A stretch of DNA of 64,000 nt from an uncultured Phycisphaerales bacterium. Its GTDB lineage: Bacteria > Planctomycetota > Phycisphaerae > Tepidisphaerales > Tepidisphaeraceae. The first letter of the stretch is position 1; every line of letters starts with the position of its first letter. The notes beneath the pieces are model-generated. The model ran no database searches, had not been told where the DNA came from, and was given only the letters and a program-made list of their open reading frames with translations. Of the stretch, positions 52,331 through 63,516 are shown piece after piece. The stretch is taken from the NCBI GenBank assembly GCA_963755915.1, contig CAVWLP010000003.1, forward strand, positions 1,088,001 through 1,152,000, in the 5' to 3' direction. The position numbers were made by a program, and so were the translations under genes.

Positions 52331-54201
52331 CGTGCGGGCTGCCATCGACCCACATGTGTAGCTTTATGGTGAATTCGCCGTCTCCGTTTTTGATTATAAT
52401 TGGATCGCAACCGTTCTGTCCCGGCGGATTCTGGGCCCAGGACGTGACATAAACCGCTAGTGTCGCCTGTTGATGGGAAACCAGGTGATATGAGCCTTTG
52501 ATTTCATAGTTGTTCAGGGCCGCAACATGATCGGAGCTGCCACGGATTTCCTGGATGGTGAGACTGTCGCCGGAATTGAAATACGTTTGACCAATTTTGA
52601 ACGGCACTTCGTGGCTCAAGTCCTGCGGGAGCGCGGGGGGAAGGGCTTATGGGGCGGATTGATGCCTGTCATGCTCAAATAGGCCAGATGATGGTTCTGG
52701 ACAAGACGTTCAGCTTGATATTGCGCATAAAAGTACATACCCACCGATACGTCTGGGGATGCGGCCGATAGTGCCAGGACCGTGACCCTTTGCTGAGACT
52801 CCGGCATGTCTTCCAGACGCCGATCAATCTCGTGCCAGGAACTCGGTGCGCCGTCGCTGGTCAGGCTGCCATTGGCACTGACCGTGAGGTCGACGAACAG
52901 ATGCTCGGCTTTCTTTGTGTGCTGATCAATTTCGTGCTGGGCAGCCGCGACTCTAACGTTGGTCGCATCCAATTTCTGCTTAAGCCTTAATATGTCGGGG
53001 TCCTGATCGTCGTCGCCCTGGGCCTGCATTGCCGCCAGCTTTTGCTCTATCGCGCGTTGCTCATCGGTTAACACGTTAAGTTGCAATTCCAGCTCGCTGC
53101 GAATCTGGTTGTCGGAAGATTTTTCGTCGTTGAGAATCTCGGATTGAACAATGTCCGATTGGGTTGTCGCAGGACCTTGAACCTGTGATTGGCCATGCGT
53201 GACCGACGGCCAATAGAGTGGAGCCCAAATGCACAGGACAGCGATTACTGCGACGAGCAAGGAAGCCATCCAGCCGCCGCGCGTTTGGGGTTCGCCGAGG
53301 AGGCGCCTGACCCGACGGAGGAGCGAGCCTCCTGAAGCCGCGGGGACGGCGCGGAGGGTGCGCCTGGATTCCAGGGCAACGAGCGCCGAAGCGCAAGTCA
53401 CCCGCCCGCAAACTGCGGCGGCGACATCGTCGCAGCAGTTTTCCCGCTCGCGGCGAATCTGCGAGGAAATCCACCAGACGGCCGGGTGATAGAAGAAGAT
53501 CGTCTCAATCGCGATCTGGACCAGATTCACCGCGTAATCGCAGCGACGAATATGGGCCAGCTCGTGCGCCAGAATGGCTTCGGCATGATCGATCGACATC
53601 TCGTTGAGCATCGCAAAGGGAATGACAATCACCGGGCGAAACATTCCGATGACCGCCGGAACGTCGAGCCGCCTTGAGGCGACGAGCTGCACGGTGCGCC
53701 GGATGCCAAGCTTGGCGGCAATGCGCTTCATCGCACGCGTCCAGAGTTGATCGGTGATTTCCTCGCCACGGGCTTTTCGACGAATGCTCAGCATCGAGGC
53801 GCTTTGCCAGGCGAACTGCAAGCATAAACCGAAAGCCCAGAGGGATACGACAATCGGCAAAAGCCGCGGCAGGTCTATCGGCTCGGATGAAACGGTGCGG
53901 ATCGACGGCGCTTGCAACGGGGGCGGATTTTCGACTACCTGGCGGAAACCGGTGTCCGCAGACAATTTCAGCGCGGCCGCGGGATAATAGATTGCAAAAG
54001 TGGCAATCGAAGCCGCCACCACGGCCAGCAGCGTTGCGCAAGCGAAAATATATCGCAGGTTGGAAAACGCAGCGGAGCCTCGGCCGCGCAGCGGCAGGAG
54101 AACAATTGCCAATATTGCCGCCGCCAGAGTCCCCTGCCAGAGGCTGTGGACGAGCATCCAGCCGAGCGCATCGACGAAACCCGATTGTGAAAGCGCATTC
54201 A
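52236..54201 (-). CDS. BlaR1/M56-family metallopeptidase; ORF 52236..52619 is probably its frameshifted C-terminal domain
   Basis: LGWMLVHSLWQG, HELAHIRR, FYHPAVWW, RERENCCDD; frame of small ORF is open upstream into a C-run near 52635. Confidence 0.85.
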
Positions 54202-54580
54202 TGGTTTGGTCCTTTCGCTGCTTTGCGCCCGTTCGATGAGGCGGCGCATTTCCTGGAGTTCTTCCGGCGAGGCGCTGGACGGAAAGCGCGGCGAGAAGCA
54301 GCTTGCTGGCACTTCCGCCAAATGCACGATTGAGCAGGTCTCCAGTAATTTGCCGCAGCGTTCGCGATTCCGCTTCGGCGGCGCGATAGACGTGCGAGCG
54401 CTGGTCTTCGTTTCGGACGACCAGGCCCTTTTCGGCCATGATCTGAAGGAGTTTGAGGACAGTGGTGTAGCCGGTTTTTTCGGGCATTTCGCCGAGCACC
54501 TGGCGGACGGTGCTGGGGCCGCGGCGCCAGAGGATGGAAAGAATGGCGATCTCGGATTCTGTCGGTTTGGGAACGGGCAT
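54198..54580 (-). CDS. BlaI/MecI/CopY-family repressor, frameshift near 54280
   Basis: PTESEIAILSILWRRGPSTVRQV...YTTVLKLLQIMAEKGLV...FGGS; other frame ASPEELQEMRRLIE. Confidence 0.9.
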
Positions 54581-54586
54581 GGGGGC

Positions 54587-54614
54587 AATGTACGATAAGT
54601 TTCGTATATGTCAA
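54587..54614 (-). promoter_or_regulatory. blaI promoter with embedded palindromic operator
   Basis: TTGACA-16nt-TACATT ending 6 nt before ATG; TACGA-N6-TCGTA palindrome at 54591-54606. Confidence 0.8.
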
Positions 54615-54658
54615 CGAAAATGTTCGTAGGACCGGGGGCATCCAAGGCATCCGGGAAA

Positions 54659-55866
54659 TCAGTCGCGATTAAGGACAATCGTCGGCCAGGAATCGGTGGA
54701 CGTGGCCTGGAGTTGCCCGGCGACGGACCAGCCGGGGTAAATGGATTCGTCGATCAACAGCCGCATTGGGCTTGTCGGCGGCGTGCTGAGGAACCCTGCG
54801 GGGATGTCGGGGGCAAAACTGCGGCGCATCAGGATGAATGGCTGATCCGAAGTCAGATCGCCGGCGATCGACGTTGGCCGGCCGGAGGCGTCGCAGTCGA
54901 GAAGCAATTGTACAGACTTGGCCTGCGATTCATCAGAAAAAATCGGATGAACTTCGCCGCCGACCGGCAGGGCAAAGTGCGCCGGGCGATGGGAGGTCTG
55001 GAATAGCCAGTCATCTTCGATCGCCGCGGGGCCACTCAGGCGGATGATTCCGGATTGAGCGAAGATCGGAGATTGATGCTGGTTTTCCAGATGGAAACCG
55101 GCGATGGCGAGGATGGAAGCGGCCACGATGGCAACGGAGGTCCAGCGCCGGCGCAGGAGGGAAATGCCGACGATGACGAGGAAATAAATGAGGCCAAGGC
55201 CGACGATGTGCTTTCGGAAAGCGGCGGTTCGGCCGGCAATCCAGCCGTAGGTCGGGAGATAGGCGGCGGGGCATACGACGGGAGGCAGATTCAGATTTGG
55301 CGAGGCGGTCCACCACGATCCGTCCTGGACCCAGGGAAACAAATCGTCCGGCTTGGCGCCGGTGAGAACGGCCAGCTCAACGCCCTCGGCAAAAAGCGAA
55401 GTGCGCATGTCGATGGATATTTTGGTGTAGCTGTCGGGCGTGAGGAGGATGGCGTCGGCGGATTCCCACGCCATCGCCGGGCCCGTCAGTTCTTCTGGAT
55501 CGAGTGGGACGGTCACAAGCCGGCGATTGGGAAAAAGTTCGCTGGGATCTGCTTCCTGGGTAATTGTATCGATTACCAGCAAATCGGAGGGATCGAGAGG
55601 CTGGAGCGCGCCAAGGCTGGCATGGGACGTTGGACCCGGAGTTGCGCTATAGACGATCCAGGGAAACAGGCCCCATGGATTGCCGGCGGGATGGGCGGCG
55701 AGGTCATCGCGCCGGGAGCACTGATTTGGATGTCGCTGCCGCTGTCGGGGACGTCCCATTTCACGGGCATGGCGCGGCCGGGGTGGTAATAGCCTTGCAG
55801 GGGGAGCGAGAGGGCCTGGGCGGCGGCTGCGGAGAGAAGGACGAGGATCGCGGGAATGATTCTCAC
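54659..55866 (-). CDS. Exported/membrane hypothetical protein, frameshifted
   Basis: Signal peptide VRIIPAILVLLSAAAAQA, GYYHPGRAMPV; continues in ORF 54659..55759 with two TM helices. Confidence 0.65.
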
Positions 55867-55913
55867 GGTTGGAATTCTATGTTTGCCCCCTACCGCATGC
55901 AGGCCAAGCTGGA

Positions 55914-57829
55914 TCACAATCCGATTTCCGTCGCGAGCCGCAGGACCTCGGCGACGCTCCAGGCCTGGCGCATGCGCCGACCCGTCGGTGTGGCTCGTCC
56001 GCTTCGAAGATTTCGCCGATCTGGCCGATGCATCCGCGCTGCATGTGCTCGAAAAGCGGCTGTAGCCAGCGGCGGGCCTGATCGACCGCCCAGTCGGCGC
56101 GGTCGTTGACTTTCAGATAAGCATCCAGAAAACCGCCAATGAGCCAGGGCCAGACGGTGCCGTTGTGGTAGGCGCCGTCGCGGTCCTTGGGAGGGCCCGC
56201 GTAGCGGCCGCGATATCCGGGGTCGCCGCGGGAAAGCGTGCGCAGGCCGTAGGGCGTGAGAAGCTCGCGGCGGACGACTTCGACAACGGCCAGCTGCTGC
56301 TGGCGATTCAGCGGGCTATTGGGAAGGCTCACCGCGAAAATCTGGTTTGGACGGATCGCCAGGTCGCGGCGAGAGCCGTCGACTACATCCGCCAGGCCGC
56401 GGAAGGGGCTGATCCAGAAGGTCTTTCGAAAACTCTCGGCGACACGATCGGCTCGGGTATTGTCGCCGGTGAGACACAGGGCGTGATACCAGAGGGCGTT
56501 GATTTCGACAGGTTTGCCCTGCCGCGGCGTGAAGCAGATGTTGTTCCACTTCGCATCCATCCACGTAAGCTGCGTGTTGGCGTCGCCCTGGCGGACCAGC
56601 CCGTCGGCGGGATCGACCCCGATGTTGTAACGCGTGCCCTGCGTGTATCCCTTGATGATGGCGTTGCAGGCGGGGCGGAAGATTTTTTCAAACGTCTGCG
56701 TGTCTTTTGAAAGGCGCAGATATTCAAAGGCCGCGTGGATGAACCAGAGGCTGGCGTCGACGGTGTTGTAGCTGGGCTGGTTGGTGTAGTCGTCGAAACG
56801 GTTGGGGATCATCCCCTCGCTGATGTACTTGGCGAAAACCGAAAGCACCTGGCGGGCTTCTTCGAATCGCCCGGGATGAAGCAGAAGGCCGGGCAGCGAA
56901 ATCATCGTGTCGCGGCCCCAGTCGGCGAACCAGGGATAGCCGGCGATAATGGTGTGGCCAGGCTGGCCATCCGGAGTTTTACGGACGACGATGAAATCAT
57001 TGGCGGCGTGGGTGAGGCGGCGCATCGTCGGCGAGGCCTTGGGATCAGATTTCTCCGCCTCCCGGCGGCGCTGAAGCTCGGTCTCCCAATCGACCTGCTC
57101 CATCGGCTCGGCGCCGGCCCAGAAGGTGATGGCGGTGGTTTTGCTCACTTCGACCGTGAACCGGCCGGGCTTGTAGAGGTCTTCGCGATCGTCCAGGCCG
57201 CGCTCGGTTTCGATTGCATAGGTCTGGCCGTACCACCAGTCGGGCTCGGGCTCGAAATAGCCGGCGTCAGCGGAGATCGTCAGCGTGTTTGGGCCCAGGC
57301 CGACGGAGCATTTACGCTGGCCGTGCGATTCGACGAAGTCTGCCTTTTCGCGGCGCAGCGCATGGAAATCCATCATGCGAACGAAGGGAAGAACGGAGAA
57401 TTCCACCAGGTTTTTTCCCGGGTCGATGGTGTAGCGGATTCCGGTGGCGTTTTTTCCCCAGGCCAACTGGATTTCTTTGCTGATGCGGATCCCTTCGACT
57501 TCGTATTCCCAGCGGGCGAGTGCGATATCGAGGTCGAATCGGCGGAGATAGCGGTCGCCGCGGGGGTGGAATTTGTCTGCGAACTGGTTGATGGAGAGCT
57601 CGCAGGGGAGGGACTTGCCGCGGATTTTCAGGATTTCACCGACGCGGTTGAGCATCATGAACCGGCCGACGGGAGGCAGGAGCGCGGCACAGAGGAGGCC
57701 GTGGTAGCGGCGTGCGTTGCAGCCGACGATGGTTCCCGAGGCGAAGGCGCCGATGCCGTTGGTGAGGAGCCACTCTTCCTGCAGATGGGGGCGGAGTTCG
57801 CCGTAGGTTTCGATGGAATACAACGGCAT
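55914..57829 (-). CDS. Amylo-alpha-1,6-glucosidase / glycogen debranching enzyme family
   Basis: EWLLTNGIG, RRYHGLL, AGYPWFADWGRDTMISLPGL, LTWMDA, YHNGTVWPWL; last exon-free frame QAWSVAEVLR after frameshift. Confidence 0.92.
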
Positions 57830-57869
57830 AGGTGGGGCAGTGTGTGATCTGGGAAGGTCAAATGCAACC

Positions 57870-57898
57870 TTGACAGCGGTAAGCGGTTTCGGAATGAT
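57870..57898 (+). promoter_or_regulatory. tRNA promoter candidate
   Basis: TTGACA-17nt-AATGAT. Confidence 0.6.
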
Positions 57899-57919
57899 TC
57901 GGGTTTGGCATTGTTTCGA

Positions 57920-57993
<74 letters not shown>

Positions 57994-58042
57994 TTAGGCA
58001 CAGCAAGGACTTACAGCTGTCCCTGTGTCTGCTAACCACCGT

Positions 58043-58066
58043 TCCGTACTAAACTCCGTACTAAAC
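58043..58066 (+). repeat. 12-bp tandem repeat, probable integrase arm site
   Basis: TCCGTACTAAAC x2, 50 bp from the tRNA end. Confidence 0.7.
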
Positions 58067-58162
58067 TCATGCCCTCGCTGAAAAAAAATCAGCCGAGGGC
58101 CGAGGGTGCCAGACCTTGCGGTCGAGCCTTTTTTTCAAGGCTCTTTTGACTGGAGGTTTGGT

Positions 58163-59215
58163 ATGTCGCGTCCGAACAAAATCTGGTTCCGCAAAGACAT
58201 TGGCTGGTGGATGGTCACCGTCGCCGGCCAGAGAATCCGTCTGGCCCAGGGCCGGGCCAACCGCAAGGTCGCCCAGCATAAATTCCACGAGCTGGCCATC
58301 GAGCGAACACAGGCGCCGGAGGCCCCCACCGCCCGCGTAGCCGATGTCATCGAGCCCTTCCTCGCGTGGGCGAAAATCCATCGCTCGGCTGATACCAACC
58401 GCAACTATCGCTGGTATGGCCAGCAATTCTCTGAGCACTCGGGCTATCTGCTGGTTTCCGAACTCAAACCCATCCACCTGACCCGCTGGCTGGACGAGAA
58501 GGGATGGAACGAGACGACGAACCGCAACGCCCGCCGGTCGATTCACCGGGCCTTTTCGTGGGCTTGCGAGGAAGGCATCCTGCATCGCAACCCGCTCCAC
58601 GGCATGAAATGCCCCCGAGCGACGCCCCGCAACCGCATCATGAGCAACGAGGAATATCGTTCGCTCCTGCGAAACAGCCGCAGTGATTTCCGGCTCCTGC
58701 TTTTCGTGTTGAAAGAGACCGGTTGCCGCCCCATCGAGGCACGCATGCTACGCTGGGACCAGGTGAAGGAGGACAGATGGGTCCTGCAGGAACACAAAAC
58801 GGCCTACAAAGTCCAAAGGCCCCGCGTAATCTATCTAACCCCACCCATGCGAAAACTCATGGTGATATTGCGCCGTCGCAGCACTACACCCCATGTCTTC
58901 CTGAACGCCCGCGGAGTCTCCTGGACTCGAAACGCTGTCGTGCAGCGTTTGAACCGGCTTAAGGAAAAACTCGATCTGGCGCCGGATCTGTGCACCTACA
59001 TGCTCCGCCACTCTTTTGGCACCACCGCCATCCTTAACGGCGTGGACGTTGCGACCGTGGCGGAACTGATGGGACATCGGAGTCTCGAAATGGTTTCGCG
59101 GGTGTACTTGCATTTGGCGGGCGAACACGCACACCTCACCGCCGCCGTGGAAAAAGCTACACGGCCTGTCGGTCCTTCCAGGCCTGCGCCAGTCGCTCCC
59201 CATCAAGGTGGGTAA
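58163..59215 (+). CDS. Tyrosine recombinase/integrase
   Basis: GGAGG RBS; TGCRPIE, HKT, YMLRHSF, LMGH, VYLH catalytic residues. Confidence 0.93.
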   Translation: MSRPNKIWFRKDIGWWMVTVAGQRIRLAQGRANRKVAQHKFHELAIERTQAPEAPTARVADVIEPFLAWAKIHRSADTNRNYRWYGQQFSEHSGYLLVSELKPIHLTRWLDEKGWNETTNRNARRSIHRAFSWACEEGILHRNPLHGMKCPRATPRNRIMSNEEYRSLLRNSRSDFRLLLFVLKETGCRPIEARMLRWDQVKEDRWVLQEHKTAYKVQRPRVIYLTPPMRKLMVILRRRSTTPHVFLNARGVSWTRNAVVQRLNRLKEKLDLAPDLCTYMLRHSFGTTAILNGVDVATVAELMGHRSLEMVSRVYLHLAGEHAHLTAAVEKATRPVGPSRPAPVAPHQGG

Positions 59216-59417
59216 AGACGCCGTTTGGAGCAGAGTGGGTGAGGGCAGGGGATTGCACGGCCCGTGCCTGATACTGTGCCAGAGCATCCTCGCGGATGCG
59301 GATGGTCCCCCGCCCCAGGCCATAGCGCTCGTGCTCAAGTTTTCCTTGAGCACAGAGCGCGTAGATCAGGCCTTGCGAGACATTCAGGATTTCAGCCGCA
59401 CCCTTAACGGTAAGCAT
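59157..59417 (-). CDS. Excisionase-like HTH protein
   Basis: MLTVKGAAEILNVSQGLIYALCAQGKL...GTIRI. Confidence 0.85.
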   Translation of the reverse strand: MLTVKGAAEILNVSQGLIYALCAQGKLEHERYGLGRGTIRIREDALAQYQARAVQSPALTHSAPNGVFTHLDGERLAQAWKDRQAV

Positions 59418-59570
59418 GATATCACTCGCATGGAAAATCTACGCCGATGCGCCGGGGCAGGGGGCAGTTATCTGGGACATGGGCTCACGCGCCCGCGAGG
59501 CCGCCGGGGAGGTGGACCGGTTGTTCCGCGAGCTGGTGCCGGATGCGATCAAGGGTGCCAGCCGGCGGCG

Positions 59571-60095
59571 TCATGCGGCAACAGCGTAAAGGAGAATAAC
59601 TGCCTCCTCTTCTTCGTTGGTAAAGCCGGTCACGCGTTTACCGTTGACCAGCGGCTCGCCCTGGTACTTCACATGGCGCAGCACTCCGGGCGAATGGCAG
59701 ACGAGCGCGATCGGCTTGCCGGAATTGTAGAACGATTCAAGAAGCGCGATCGAGACCGGGCTTTCGGCCAGGTCCCACATGGGTCCGTGGCCTCCGACAT
59801 AAAACACGGTGTCGAAGTTTTCGGATTTGGCGTCGGCGAGCTTGACGGTATTGGCCAGCGCCTTCTGTGCATCCTCATCGCGCTTGAAGCGGGACATCGC
59901 CGGGGTCTGATTTTCGGGTAAATCGCTCTTGGGATCGACCGGAGGCTGTCCACCCTTGGGAGAGGCGAGGGTCAGATCGACGCCTGCGTCCCTGAAGACG
60001 AAATAGGGTGCCGCAAATTCCTCCAGCCAGAATCCGGTCTTTCGGCCCGTGTTACCCAATTGATCGTGCGACGTTAGCACCATAAGAATTTTCAT
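59571..60095 (-). pseudogene. DJ-1/PfpI-type glutamine amidotransferase-like protein, C-terminally truncated
   Basis: TGFWLEEFAAPY, GGHGPMWDL, VCHSP, VTGFTNEEEEAV then abrupt end. Confidence 0.8.
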
Positions 60096-60213
60096 AGCCT
60101 GTCTCCTTTGGTTTGAGTGCGAATCACAACGATGCTCAGGTTATGAACCGCAAGGAGAAGAAACCATTGGACGAAGGTATCGAAGATACCAAGGTATAGG
60201 TTGGGCCGTGGCC

Positions 60214-60400
60214 TGGAGCGTTTTGCATCTGACCGTAGCGTCTGCGTTGCGTTCCAAGGGGTCGGATGCAAGGAAGAGCGACGAAGCGGGTTTGAATAGA
60301 CCCGTTGAGGAGCGATGACGCCGCAGGCGACCCCTTGGAACGCAACCCGAAGGGCCGCCGTAGGCGGCGCAGACGCTACGGTCAGATGCAAATCGCTCTA
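60214..60400. mobile_element. MITE-like element with long terminal inverted repeats
   Basis: tggagcgttttgcatctgaccgtagcgtctgcg / cgcagacgctacggtcagatgcaaatcgctcta, plus inner 18-bp IR ttgcgttccaaggggtcg / cgaccccttggaacgcaa. Confidence 0.8.
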
Positions 60401-61836
60401 ATTGGGCAGAACGGCTGCTTCAGTCTGAGGAGGAGGATCAGCTTTTTCGAAAAACAAATGTTTGGATTTAATAATCTCAGCGGCCTTCTCTGGCACCATC
60501 GTTTCCCATGTGGCGTCTCGTTCGACCATGCGACGGCTCACATCTTGAGGATCGATTGACAGGAACGCTTCGTCCGAGGGACGAAGGCCTTCCAATCGGC
60601 CCAGCTCTCGAAGCAGTTGGAAGAGGTGCTGCCAGGAGCTTGGCACGACAACGTCGTCGATGGTTTCGATCTTGCCGCTTTTTGGATCGCGGGCGGGATA
60701 GACATATATTTTCACCGACCGCTTGAAGAGACGACCCATTCCTTCAAGAACCCCTCCAGCAAGGCCGGCGAAGAATTGCTCTTCGACGAATTTCCTGGCT
60801 GTCGGCAGGACGACCGCAACGCCGATCGGCTTGTCGGTATAGGCGGCCAAATACTCGGCCACCTGGTAATTCAGCTCAAAGTGGGAAATCAGCACGTCAA
60901 ACCCCAGGGCGCCAAGTATGTCGGCGCGGGCGAGAAAATCCGCGTGTCCCATCGCAGACGGCTGATTAAGATTCCGGGACGACATCTCGGCCAGAACCAC
61001 CGGCTGCTCTCCTTCGACACCCGGTTGCTTCAAAAAAGCCTCGCGCGCACGTTCCAGCAGATCGACTTCAAGTTTAGTGGCCGGGCGAAAACTGCCTCGT
61101 TCAATCAGAATCGGTTTCTTGTAAAGCACCTCGGACGGCTGAACGACTTCACCATCAGCCGTGAACATCGCCGCGTCGGTAAACTTATTCTCGACGAGTT
61201 GAAGGCTCATCAACCGATTGTCGACTCCGGCGAATCCCGGACCGGCGAATTTGATCATGTCGATTTCGATTCGCTCGCGAGACAGCTCGTCCATCAGCCC
61301 GGCTATGAGCTCTACAGGACTATCGTGGCGCAAACATGCGCCAAAAATCAGATTAACACCCAGGATGCCAAGCGCGTCCTGTTCGCGATCGGCGCAATAT
61401 CAAGCAGGTGAGCGTGAAGGGTTATTTGCGACGGCTCTTCGCGAGGTTGTGTCTGGAAGCGAATGCCGATCCATCCATGACCATGTTCTGAGCTCTGAAA
61501 GCGCCGAGTGGCGACCGTGTCGGCGAACGCGAAAAAACGTCGGCTTTCACCCGCCTTGTCCTTCAGTTGATCCGATACCATCGCGAATTCGTAATCGAGC
61601 ATCGAATTGAGACGCTTGCGGCTGACAAATGGTTTGGCCGCACCGTAAATCCGATCGCTGATGGCCATGTCGTAGGCGGAGATCGTTTTGGCGACTGTTC
61701 CGGCCGCGCCTCCGACCCTGAAAAACCAGCGTGCCACCTCCTGGCCACCGCCGATTTCGGCGATCGAGCCGTAGGTCTTGGCGTCAAGATTCAATGCCAG
61801 TGCCTTCTGGTGAGTGGTGAGCTTTGGGGTATCCAT
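60398..61836 (-). CDS. Conserved protein of the family variably annotated nicotinate/NMN adenylyltransferase-like, frameshifted near 61340-61400
   Basis: KALALNLD..YGSIAEIGGGQEVARWFFRVGGAAGTVAKTISAYDM; IEIDMI.F.GP; ERGSFRP. Confidence 0.7.
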
Positions 61837-61846
61837 CTTTGAACTC

Positions 61847-63478
61847 CTAATGATCGCTCGAAGGTCCCCAGCCGCCGCCAAGGGCGCGGTAGACATTGAT
61901 CAGATCCAGCGCCACATTCCCCTGCGCGACTGCAAGCTGGTCCTGCACGGATACCTGAGACCCTTGCAGCTCAAAAACGGTCGTGAAATTGGTCGTGCCG
62001 CCCTGATATTGCCCGACACCTACCTGAGTTGCATCGGTCGCGGCCGCAACGCTTTGACTCAAAGCGTCGACTTGCTGGCGCGTACGGACGAAGGCTCGCA
62101 AAGATGTCTGCACTTCCTGGGCAGCCGTCAGCACCAGATTCTGATAGGCGGCAACAAGCTCCTGCGTTTTGGCCTGCTGAAGGTGGACATTGTTCTCAAT
62201 GCGCCCGTAATTGAGAATATTCCATTGAAAGCCGGGTGATATGGTCCCGAAGAAACTTTTAGACTCGAACAATTTATCGAGGTCGGCCGCCTGCCAGCCC
62301 AGCGAGCCGTCGATGGAAAATGACGGGTAGAGATCGGCCTCGGCGACTCCAATGAGGGCACTTTGCGCCGCGACTTGTCGTTCGGCGCTGCGAATGTCCG
62401 GCCGGCGCCGCAGCAAGTCGGCTGGGATTCCCGTGGCTACCCATGCCGGAACACTGGCCATCGGATCGGCGCCAAGCCGGGTTCCCTCCCCCAAATCGGC
62501 GCTGAGATCGCGCGGCGGAATGCCCAGCAACGTACAGAGCTGGTCGTTGGCCTGGCCGAGAGTAATTTCAAGAGCCGGAATGTCGGAACGCGTTTGCTCG
62601 AGCAGGGTTCGCGCTTGCGCGACATCGAGCCGCGTCGCGGTGCCGACTTTGAATCGCTGGTCCGCGAGAGCGACAATCGACGTCTGGATGCTTACGTTAT
62701 CGCGAGCGATCTCGATCCGCTGCTGGGCGACGCGGTACTGCACGTAGTTTGTTGCCACATCCGCCAGCAAAGTGACCATCGCGGCGTCATAGTCCGCCTC
62801 CGAGGCTTCCATGTTGGCATCCGCAGATTCGATCGCCCGGCGGAATCGGCCCCAAAAATCAAGCTCCCAACTCAGGTTGAAACCTGCCGACCAGTTATCG
62901 TAGTAATTTCCAAGCAGCGGTGGGACGGAGGTTCCATGGGGCAAGGCTGCGCCAATTGCTCCTGGGTTATTAAATTGATTGAAACTGAGGTTGGAGTGGC
63001 TGTACTGCCCCGTCATCTGCTGGGTCTGGGGAAAGAAATTACCGACGGCGATGGCCTGCTCGGCCCTGGCTTCCAGCACGCGCATCCCCGCCTCGCGCAA
63101 GGTGAGGTTTTGCTTGCACGCCGTCTGGATGAGCCAATCGAGTTTTGGGTCCTGAAACACCTGCCACCATTGATCGATTTGGCGTTTTTGAACGGCAGGG
63201 TCTCCGGCGTCGAGCCAGCCATCCGCGACAGACGCCGGCGGCGTTGAATAGTTAGGCCCGACTTTCAGGCCGTGCCGAGTCCAATCGATCGGACTGGTCA
63301 TGCATCCGGTGACTGTCGCAAGCATGCCGATCAGGCTCGTTTTGAAGACACCAGGCAGCAAAGCCCGGCAACGCCGGAAAAAAAAGGCCTCTTGATTATT
63401 GATATGTTGATGCATGACTTCCTCGAGAGGTTGATTCTGTGCGTATGTGTCGCCATTGTGGACTCGTTCCGGGTCCAC
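61847..63478 (-). CDS. Efflux outer-membrane lipoprotein (NodT/TolC family); start uncertain
   Basis: VTGC lipobox-like, VGPNY, SWELDFWGRFRR, LLRRRPDIRSAE, VYRALGGGW. Confidence 0.9.
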   Translation of the reverse strand: MDPERVHNGDTYAQNQPLEEVMHQHINNQEAFFFRRCRALLPGVFKTSLIGMLATVTGCMTSPIDWTRHGLKVGPNYSTPPASVADGWLDAGDPAVQKRQIDQWWQVFQDPKLDWLIQTACKQNLTLREAGMRVLEARAEQAIAVGNFFPQTQQMTGQYSHSNLSFNQFNNPGAIGAALPHGTSVPPLLGNYYDNWSAGFNLSWELDFWGRFRRAIESADANMEASEADYDAAMVTLLADVATNYVQYRVAQQRIEIARDNVSIQTSIVALADQRFKVGTATRLDVAQARTLLEQTRSDIPALEITLGQANDQLCTLLGIPPRDLSADLGEGTRLGADPMASVPAWVATGIPADLLRRRPDIRSAERQVAAQSALIGVAEADLYPSFSIDGSLGWQAADLDKLFESKSFFGTISPGFQWNILNYGRIENNVHLQQAKTQELVAAYQNLVLTAAQEVQTSLRAFVRTRQQVDALSQSVAAATDATQVGVGQYQGGTTNFTTVFELQGSQVSVQDQLAVAQGNVALDLINVYRALGGGWGPSSDH

Positions 63479-63516
63479 AAATTCGATTTAGCTGTTGTCG
63501 CGATTGCTCCCCCCCA

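Noticed and set aside
52616-54580. Apparent 654-aa BlaI-BlaR1 fusion ORF
   Set aside because: The normal BlaI C-terminus and a stop overlapping the M56 ATG exist in another frame; the fusion is an indel artefact
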